This document shows positions 41,496 to 48,457 of a stretch of DNA of 64,000 nt, piece by piece. Below the pieces are notes generated by a model. That model made no database searches and was not told where the DNA came from. It saw only the letters and a program-made list of their open reading frames with translations. Position numbers and translations under genes: made by a program. Source of the DNA: an uncultured Planctomycetaceae bacterium (GTDB taxonomy: Bacteria; Planctomycetota; Planctomycetia; Planctomycetales; Planctomycetaceae); the NCBI GenBank assembly GCA_963976765.1, contig CAXBME010000003.1, forward strand, positions 248,001 to 312,000, given 5' to 3'. Position 1 is the stretch's first letter. Every line of letters starts with the position of its first letter.

Positions 41496-42064
41496 GTTGT
41501 CGGTCACTACCTGTGCTTAATTCCGAGCGTGAATCATTGGTTGAGCACCTCTGCACCCGCACCAGCATGTGGGTGCTCCCGCCCACCTACGATTCCGTTG
41601 CTGCGTACCTTTCCGGCTTTGATGCCGCACTCGAGGGCGGATTCCTTCAAGGTTTTCGCGAGTGGTTGATCGTTCGTGCTGATGGCTGCAACAACCTTGG
41701 TTGGTCGTCAATCGTCGCTTACGTCATTTTCCCCGATCACGACGATCCGATTACCTTTCTACGTAGCTCTGACGCCAACGACGAGTTCGCACGCAAGGAA
41801 CTGCATCGACTTTACACTGATTATCGCGCGGATTTAGCCAAAACTGGATTGCGCGGCATCTATTACGAATACGAAAAGTGGCTTCACAAACAATCTTGGT
41901 ACGGTGATTCGTCGCCCGATTACTTGCCGTGACCGACAACATGGTTTTTACGCTAGGCCTTCGGCACACCTTGGCTCTTTGGTAACGGGCCATGGCCTTG
42001 GTACAATCTTCCCTAGTTCAGGCATCGTTCGCTTCGTTCAGGGCGGTGTCGTAAAAACCTTCCG
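41496..42064 (+). mobile_element. Integron-type gene cassette 1
   Basis: Starts with GTTGTCGGTCAC (41496-41507); its exact reverse complement GTGACCGACAAC (41929-41940) overlaps the ORF stop; attC-like hairpin follows. Confidence 0.75.
41513..41932 (+). CDS. Hypothetical cassette protein (139 aa)
   Basis: GTG start 17 nt after the core site; AYLSGFDAA...GFREWL...NLGW; stop inside the inverse core. Confidence 0.75.
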   Translation: MLNSERESLVEHLCTRTSMWVLPPTYDSVAAYLSGFDAALEGGFLQGFREWLIVRADGCNNLGWSSIVAYVIFPDHDDPITFLRSSDANDEFARKELHRLYTDYRADLAKTGLRGIYYEYEKWLHKQSWYGDSSPDYLP

Positions 42065-42070
42065 TTGTGC
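41934..42070 (+). repeat. attC-like recombination site (137 bp)
   Basis: CGACAAC-AT-GGTTTTTACG...CGTAAAAACC-TTCC-GTTGTGC; AAC/GTT cores with paired inner boxes; no obvious extrahelical base. Confidence 0.7.
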
Positions 42071-42105
42071 GAACGCAGTCCGTCATTGCATTGGGATAGG
42101 CTACC

Positions 42106-42324
42106 GTGCAGTCATTGACGACAGTGTATGTTGCATTGCTCGACGAGGGCGTTGACGTGTGGCGTCCTGCACAGGCCGAATCGCTGGACGACGGGCGTTA
42201 CCGTTTGGTGGGTCCCGTGCCGGACACCGAGACATGGCAGTTCGCACCCGACTCCATAGTCCGCTGTGAATTCCGTACATTTGAGGATGGCAAATCTGGC
42301 CTTGTCGCTGTCGAGCAAATGTGA
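42106..42324 (+). CDS. Hypothetical cassette protein (72 aa)
   Basis: VYVALLDEGVDVWRP...ETWQFAPDSIVRC; bounded by GTTGTGCG (42064) and CGCACAA (42345-42351). Confidence 0.75.
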   Translation: MQSLTTVYVALLDEGVDVWRPAQAESLDDGRYRLVGPVPDTETWQFAPDSIVRCEFRTFEDGKSGLVAVEQM

Positions 42325-42351
42325 CCCATTTCGATTGCTCCCGCCGCACAA

Positions 42352-42690
42352 ATCGGGATAGGGGATAGCCTTTCGGCTCCCCCCTCCCACACCACCTGAC
42401 ATGCGGGTCCGCATCAGGCGGTTCGGCGAAGAGGAGCAAGGTCTCCCCACAGGTATCTGAGAAACACAAGTCCCTGGTGGCGGAGCCACTGTTTTGTCAT
42501 ACCGACATGACCGCCCAGCGTTCTGGATAAACGCCAGTAGCCTTTCCGGCTGGCTCCGTGGGTGATCACCTGGTGACGACTCACGCCCAGTCGCTGAAAA
42601 TTCCGGATGCGTGTACGCGGGAGACGCCACTGCTTCCATAGACACATCCGTTCCAGAGATACATCCGAACTCGACGCCGTATCCAGTGAA
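42352..42690 (-). mobile_element. Group IIC intron 3' remnant (maturase C-terminus, domains V and VI)
   Basis: Minus strand GAACCGCCTGATGCGGACCCGCATGTCAGGTGGTGTG (DV, CGC triad) then GGAGGGGGAGCCGAAAGGCTATCCCCTATCCCGAT (DVI, bulged A, AT end); preceded by WIRRRVRM..WKQWRLPRTRIRN...RKGYWRLS...RRTA*. Confidence 0.92.
42414..42688 (-). pseudogene. Truncated, frameshifted group II intron RT/maturase fragment
   Basis: Only the domain X tail is present; a 17-bp imperfect tandem duplication (42634-42667) shifts the frame; no RT core. Confidence 0.85.
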
Positions 42691-42760
42691 GTAGGGTGCG
42701 TCTTGACGCACCTTTTACACATAAGGCATGCATTGGCAGGTGCGTCGAGACGCCCCCTAC
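42691..42760. repeat. GTAG-family REP doublet (REPIN-like)
   Basis: GTAGGGTGCGTCTTGACGCACC ... GGTGCGTCGAGACGCCCCCTAC, two inverted palindromic units. Confidence 0.85.
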
Positions 42761-42777
42761 AGCCAAGCGTTCTCAGG

Positions 42778-42815
42778 GTGGCGCGGGTTGCTTGCAACCC
42801 GTGTCGCGAAGCGAC
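42778..42815. repeat. Second REP-like palindrome
   Basis: GTGGCGCGGGTTGCTTGCAACCCGTG followed by the TGTCGCGAAGCGACA hairpin. Confidence 0.6.
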
Positions 42816-42961
42816 AAGAGAAACGGCACGCGGATGTCGATTACCGCCACGGAATTTTCTGCCTTATTGAACGTCGCTCAGGCGTTTACGATGAACACGC
42901 CCCTCCGGGCACTCGGTACTGTTGAAAGATGACCACACCTCTTGAGATTTCGGTGCAGCCA

Positions 42962-43174
42962 ATGAGCATTGATATTGCGACGCATCGTGGACTTCCTGTC
43001 GCCGAAAAATTGCGGCTGGTTACTCAATTATGGGATGACATTGCTCGCGAGAATCGACCAATCATTGTGCCGCCCGATGTGCTGAACGAGGCGAAGCGGC
43101 GGTGGGACGAGTTGGCAGCCGATCCCTCGCTGGCCATTGATGAAGATGAACGATGGCGTCGCGTCGATGGCTAA
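42962..43174 (+). CDS. Addiction-module antitoxin (TIGR02574-like)
   Basis: LPVAEKLRLVTQLWDDI...EAKRR...DPS; overlaps the toxin start (ATGGCTAA). Confidence 0.85.
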   Translation: MSIDIATHRGLPVAEKLRLVTQLWDDIARENRPIIVPPDVLNEAKRRWDELAADPSLAIDEDERWRRVDG

Positions 43175-43578
43175 ATTCAGTCGTTTTCACTCACTCGTTG
43201 CTGACGACCTTTCGTTCGCGACTGGATACTACAACGACGTTGCCAGCGATCTCGGAAACCGTTTTCGAAATTCAGTACGACAAAGGCTGAAGTCGATTCA
43301 GGATTGTCCGGAATCGTACGGCGTCATTCATCAGCAGATCCGTGCAGCAATCCTGAGTCGGTTTCCTTAGAGGCCGACAAAGAACTGACTTCGACTTGAT
43401 GAATCTCCGAGGTTTTCAACTTTCCCAAGTAGTTGTTTGTCGGCCTCTTACTAATAAACCAGGTTCTTTGTCAGCCTCTTACGTGATTCTGTTCGAACTT
43501 CGCGAAGACACCGTTCTCATTCTCAGCATCGTGCACGTCGCGTCTGATCGTGCCGGGTGGTTCGATCGCGCAATTTGA
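43167..43578 (+). pseudogene. RelE/ParE family toxin interrupted by a MITE
   Basis: MAKFSRFHSLVADDL...YY...LGNRF...PESY...LSRFP | YVILFE...ILSIVHVAS...W; removing 43370-43481 restores a 99-aa ORF. Confidence 0.88.
43370..43478. mobile_element. 109-bp MITE with GAGGC terminal inverted repeats and TTA duplication
   Basis: TTA|GAGGCCGACAAAGAAC...GTTCTTTGTCAGCCTC|TTA; an extra internal right end GTTGTTTGTCGGCCTC|TTA ends at 43447. Confidence 0.85.
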
Positions 43579-43751
43579 AATTGTAAATTCGCAGGGTGGT
43601 CCAGCCAGAATGGCGGGTTGCGAAGCGGCAGGATACATCGTTGTGCGGCGTCCCACACAGGCACAGTGTCCCAACTTAAAGCACGCGGAAACGCGGCGTC
43701 TTATGTCTGTGCCCCACCAGCCACCGGTGGTCGGTCCATCCAGCCACGAAA

Positions 43752-44963
43752 CTACCTGGCCGTGGCGATGGTTCGTTCGTAGAGGTCGAGCATTTTGGGG
43801 AGCATTTTTTCGAGGCTGAAGCCGTCCTGAATAAGCTTAGCTCCGGCCTGGCCGAGGTGGCGGTGTTTTTCGGGATCGTCGAGAACCGTCATCGCGATTT
43901 CAGTGAAGCCGTCGACGTCGAAGAAGTCGGCGGTGTAGCCGGTTTCACCATGCTTGATCATCTCCTGAACCGGAGCCGTTGCTGAACCCAGCACAGTGCA
44001 GCCGCAGGCCAGCGAATTCATCAGCGACCAGCTCAGCACGAAAGGCACTGTCAGATAATAGTGCAGGTCGCTGAGACTGAAGACGTCGACCAGTTCCTGC
44101 GGATCGACTCGACCGGTAAAGATGAATCGGTCCAGGTCGTAGTTATCCTGCTTGAGAATGTGCTCACGATAGGTTTCTTCTTTGATGCGGTTCAGGTCGC
44201 CGCCGTAGCAGACTCGGTCTGAGCCAACGCACAGAAAGACCACGTCGTCACGCGCGTCGCAAATCTGCTTGGCCGACTTCATGAAGATGTCGAACCCGCG
44301 CATGGATTCGAAACCTCGCGAGACGTAGGTCACGATTTTCTTGCCTTCTGGAATCTTGTGCCCGGCGATCTCTCGCGGAGGATTCGGATTACGTTTCCAG
44401 ATGGTCGTGTCGATGCCGTCGAAAATCTGTTCGATCTTCGGCTGATACTCCGTGGGCATCAGACTCTGCTGATACTTCGTCGGTGTGTAGCCGCGGGTGC
44501 ATGTTTGCAGATCGAGCAGGATCATCGCGTTTCGGCTGCGGGATCTCAGCACGTCTTCCGGCTTAACGGGAAAGTCCGGTCGGAAGTCCAAGTCCGATCC
44601 TTTGCTCCGATAGTAGTATTCGAAGTAGTTGATGATCGGGCAGTCGTACAGGTCAGCCAGCCAGACCGTTGACCCGAAGCCGCTGTGTCCAACAACGAGG
44701 TCCGGTTTGATGTCCGGTCGAGCTTTCATCGCCTCGTGAACGGCGTGCGAATGCCAGACCGCGTTCTCGAAAGTTCGGCTGCAATAGTGAGTCGACTTGG
44801 TCGCTCCACCGGCAATCTTGTACTGCACCCGCTCGATGCCATCGACGTTGCCCGACGGAAGTTCAGACGCGAACGAGCACTGGATCCCGTGGTTCTTAAT
44901 CAGATAACTGGCAATATGCCCGAACTGTGCCGGAAAATTCTTATGCACAAAAAGTATATGCAC
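43752..44963 (-). CDS. Glycosyltransferase family 4
   Basis: LFVHKNFPAQF, GHSGFG, RGFESMRGF, YLTVPFVLSWSL...ACGC...TAPVQE. Confidence 0.9.
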   Translation of the reverse strand: MHILFVHKNFPAQFGHIASYLIKNHGIQCSFASELPSGNVDGIERVQYKIAGGATKSTHYCSRTFENAVWHSHAVHEAMKARPDIKPDLVVGHSGFGSTVWLADLYDCPIINYFEYYYRSKGSDLDFRPDFPVKPEDVLRSRSRNAMILLDLQTCTRGYTPTKYQQSLMPTEYQPKIEQIFDGIDTTIWKRNPNPPREIAGHKIPEGKKIVTYVSRGFESMRGFDIFMKSAKQICDARDDVVFLCVGSDRVCYGGDLNRIKEETYREHILKQDNYDLDRFIFTGRVDPQELVDVFSLSDLHYYLTVPFVLSWSLMNSLACGCTVLGSATAPVQEMIKHGETGYTADFFDVDGFTEIAMTVLDDPEKHRHLGQAGAKLIQDGFSLEKMLPKMLDLYERTIATAR

Positions 44964-45045
44964 GGTGGTTACTCCCTGGTCGACTGCTGACTCAATTCAG
45001 AGCCGAATGTATTTCAGACTTTGTCTTCTACAGAGACCTTGTTCA

Positions 45046-45093
45046 GACGCGAAGCGTCGACATGACGGCTCCCACGAGGAGCGTAGGAACGAG
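45046..45093. repeat. Degenerate half of a REP-like palindromic element
   Basis: GACGCGAAGCGTC hairpin plus CTCCCACGAGGAGCGTAGGAACGAG. Confidence 0.5.
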
Positions 45094-45115
45094 GTTGCCC
45101 TGTTTGAAGACTGGT

Positions 45116-46684
45116 TCAGGCAGCTCGCGACAGGAATTTCCGAGTCGCCTGCAACTCCTGATCACTCCTGTTAGCCGTTGGGTCGAACTTGAGAATCTCC
45201 AGCCCAGCCCCCTGAAGAGTCCGTACGTTGCTGTAAACCGGATCGGTCCAGTCAGTGACTTTTCCTTCACGGACCGCTTCGACCATTTCGCGGATGCCGT
45301 CTTCCAGAGACACACTTGCGCGGAAGCCGAGCACTCGCTGAATCTTCGTAAAGTCAACGCGGTAGTTTCGAGCATCGTCATCGTTGCGGATTTCTTCGAC
45401 GAAGGTTCCGGGCTGACAATCCGCCACAATCTTACCGAGCTGTTCGAGTGTGAAATTCTGTGTGTGGTCACCGACATTGAAGATTTCACCACCCACTTTG
45501 GAAAGCTGAGCTTCGATCGCGTATACGCAGGCTCGGGCGATGTCGCGAGTATGCACGAACGGTCGCCACTGCTCGCCGTTCAGCACGCGAATGTGTTTTT
45601 CGGTCACAGCCTGAGCACTGAACAGGTTGGCGACGAGGTCAAACCGTGGTCGCAGCGACCAGCCGTAAGCCGTCGCAAACCGCAGAATCGTCGGCTGAAA
45701 TACTGAATCTGCTGCTTCCAGCAACGCTCGCTCAGCATCGATCTTTGTCGTTGCGTAAAGCGAAACAGGATTGAGGTCCGACTCTTCCGTGCGGATGTCT
45801 TCAGACTCGCCGTAGACGCTGCATGTCGAAGCGAAGACGAATCGTGAAATTCCATTTGCGCGAGCCAGTTGAGCCATCATTTTCGCAGCGGCATAATTGA
45901 CCGTGATGGTCGTTTCACGGTCCAGAGCGCACGCAGGATCGCCAACGATCGCGGCGAGGTGAACGACCGCATCCATGCCATTCAGCGCTTTGACGATGTC
46001 TTCGATATTGCGGAAGTCGCCACTCATGAACTCAAGACGCGGATGTTCGAGAATTGTCTTCAGTGAGTCTCGACCGAAAAGTTCCATGTCCAGAATGCGA
46101 ACCCGGTAGCCTTTGCGAAGCAACTGCTCTGTCAGAACCGAGCCGATGTATCCCGCGCCGCCGACAATAAGAACGTCCTCAACTTTGCCTGTTCCTGTTG
46201 GCGTGTGTCGAGGCACGACCCGGAAGCGTTTCATGACGGACATGCTTGAGAACCGTGTTGCGAACACGGTAAGCCCCAGCAACGTCCAGGCAGGAACTGC
46301 AACTTCCAGCGTCGCAGCCAGTCGGTCTTCGACGATTCCGCCAAGTGCCAGATGTCCGGCAAAACCGACGGCGCAGGCTCCGGTCACGTCGAGCAGCCTC
46401 TGCCCGATGCGAGAGCTGGGAACAGGTCGATAGAGCCCGGCAAAAGTGAAGAGCAGCACAGCAGTCGCCGCAAACCACCCCGCATGCAGAATGTAGACCG
46501 GATTACACTTGGCCATGACCTGGCCGACCGGATCCGCCATGTCCAGTTGCCCACTGACGAGGGCTCGTAAAACGCCGACGGCAACCAGCACAACGTTGGC
46601 CGTCAGAAAATCAACGAAGAATCGCAGCACAACCTGTCGGCTCGACGAGTTGCCAAAAAGTCTGGTTCTTATTCCGTTAAACAT
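45116..46684 (-). CDS. NAD-dependent epimerase/dehydratase with N-terminal membrane domain
   Basis: About four N-terminal TMs; GGAGYIG, HLAAIVGDPAC, ASTCSVYG, YATTK, RPRFDLV. Confidence 0.88.
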   Translation of the reverse strand: MFNGIRTRLFGNSSSRQVVLRFFVDFLTANVVLVAVGVLRALVSGQLDMADPVGQVMAKCNPVYILHAGWFAATAVLLFTFAGLYRPVPSSRIGQRLLDVTGACAVGFAGHLALGGIVEDRLAATLEVAVPAWTLLGLTVFATRFSSMSVMKRFRVVPRHTPTGTGKVEDVLIVGGAGYIGSVLTEQLLRKGYRVRILDMELFGRDSLKTILEHPRLEFMSGDFRNIEDIVKALNGMDAVVHLAAIVGDPACALDRETTITVNYAAAKMMAQLARANGISRFVFASTCSVYGESEDIRTEESDLNPVSLYATTKIDAERALLEAADSVFQPTILRFATAYGWSLRPRFDLVANLFSAQAVTEKHIRVLNGEQWRPFVHTRDIARACVYAIEAQLSKVGGEIFNVGDHTQNFTLEQLGKIVADCQPGTFVEEIRNDDDARNYRVDFTKIQRVLGFRASVSLEDGIREMVEAVREGKVTDWTDPVYSNVRTLQGAGLEILKFDPTANRSDQELQATRKFLSRAA

Positions 46685-46762
46685 CCCTGTGCCCTTGGTA
46701 ATCCGGGGAGAATCCGATCTGGCCGCCTGACAGCCACGTTCGTCCATAACTTCCGCTCATCC

Positions 46763-48031
46763 TCAAGCAGCACGACGCTGCGAATTCTTCAGTCTGCAAT
46801 CCGCCGCCACAGTTCGCATCACCTTGGCTACGGCAGCAGCGGTATCCTCGATGTCTTCCCGACTGAGAGTCGGATGCACCATGAACATAATGCTTTGCTC
46901 GCCGAGCTGTTGAGCATTCGGCAGGCGTTCGACCGGTGCAAATCCCGCATCCTGCATTGCCTTCTCCAGGTAGATCTCGCAACACAGACCGCTACCGCAA
47001 GGTATGCCTTCTTTCTGAATACATCGCACGATCTCATCGCGCGACCACTTATCGTTCAACATCTCCGATGAGACGTTGACGTAGTGCTTGTAGTAACTGT
47101 GTTCGCAGGTTTCGGGTGCAACCAGCAGTTCAATCCCTGGCACGTCCGCAAGTAACTGATCGAGCAATTTTGCATGAGCCTGCCTTGCTTTGACCCAGGT
47201 CGGCAGACGCTGAAGAGCGATTTGGCCAATCGCAGCCTGCATCTCGGTCATCCGCCAATTCGTACCGATCGTTTCGTGCAACCACTTGAACACCGTACGT
47301 TGCTGACTGCAATTCTGGATGGCGTCCCAGCCTTTGCCGTGATCTTTGAAACTCCAGGCTCGCTCCCAGATCTCCGGACAATCGGTCACGACCATCCCAC
47401 CTTCTCCGCCAGTCGAAACGATCTTGTCCTGACAGAACGAAAACGCTCCGACGTCTCCGATCGTGCCGACGTGACGGCCTTTGTATCTCGCTCCGTGAGC
47501 CTGCGCGCAATCTTCGATCACTCTCAGCCCCTGCTCGCGAGCCAGCTCCATGATCGGATCCATGTCGCACGGCCACCCCGCTGCGTGGACAACAATAATC
47601 GCTTTCGTCTTTGGCGTGACGACTGCTGCGATTGTTTCGGCAGAAATGTTTCCGGACACCGGATCAATGTCGGCAAAGATCGGTCTGGCTCCGAGCATCG
47701 CAACGGCACTCGCTGTCGCAATGAAGGTTCGAGGCGGAACGATGACCTCGTCGCCCGCTCCGATTCGAAGAGCGTAAAGCGCAAGCTCGACAGCAACCGT
47801 GCCGTTGGAGACAGCGACTCCGAAATTACATCCGACAAACTCGGCGAAGTCTTTCTCAAAACGCCGAACTTCTTTGCCGGTCCAATAATTGACCTTGCCG
47901 CTGCGTAACACGTCAGTCACGGCGTTGATCATTTCGTCATCAAACTGCGGCCACGGTGCCAGCGGTTCGGTCCGAACCGGAGTGCCACCGTCGCGGGCAA
48001 GTTCACCAAAATCTGCGAATCGTGTTCGCAT
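46763..48031 (-). CDS. DegT/DnrJ/EryC1/StrS sugar aminotransferase (Neisseria PglC-like)
   Basis: PWP...SGKVNYWTG, EDCAQAHG, FSFCQDKIVSTGGEGG, KDHGK, GTNWRM. Confidence 0.92.
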   Translation of the reverse strand: MRTRFADFGELARDGGTPVRTEPLAPWPQFDDEMINAVTDVLRSGKVNYWTGKEVRRFEKDFAEFVGCNFGVAVSNGTVAVELALYALRIGAGDEVIVPPRTFIATASAVAMLGARPIFADIDPVSGNISAETIAAVVTPKTKAIIVVHAAGWPCDMDPIMELAREQGLRVIEDCAQAHGARYKGRHVGTIGDVGAFSFCQDKIVSTGGEGGMVVTDCPEIWERAWSFKDHGKGWDAIQNCSQQRTVFKWLHETIGTNWRMTEMQAAIGQIALQRLPTWVKARQAHAKLLDQLLADVPGIELLVAPETCEHSYYKHYVNVSSEMLNDKWSRDEIVRCIQKEGIPCGSGLCCEIYLEKAMQDAGFAPVERLPNAQQLGEQSIMFMVHPTLSREDIEDTAAAVAKVMRTVAADCRLKNSQRRAA

Positions 48032-48457
48032 ATTATGCCTCTGCAGATGGAAATCTGTGCGAAGAGTTAACTGCTCGAACGTAACTTCAAGACAGGAAAG
48101 GCACACACGCAGACTGCGGGAACGCTCACCCTGAAATGAAACGAAACACTGAGTAGCGGATTACTGTTTGGAAGTTGGTTTGGTTTGACTCAAGAATCGA
48201 GTCAGTGGTGCAGGTTGCGAGGTGTTATGGAACAGCCGTTGGAAGGGATTCAAGACTGGCTGCCTTTGAGGGGACGCGGCTTATATCAAAGGCTGATGAT
48301 TTGCAGCAATACGGTTTTTCACTCACCGAATTCAGGCAACTCCTGACGAAACAGACTGTTCGTCGACCGAACCGAAAGTATTTCGCGGCTTTGAAGTGCG
48401 GTGTGCCTGCCCCTTAGAATCCACGCTTCGAATCCAAATATCTACAGAGAACATCTC

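Noticed and set aside
41295..41507. Minus-strand 70-aa ORF at the position where intI would be expected
   Set aside because: No tyrosine recombinase motifs and too short; probably spurious.
43643..43700. GTGCGGCG as a group II intron 5' end
   Set aside because: It is on the opposite strand to the intron remnant and no domain I-like sequence follows.
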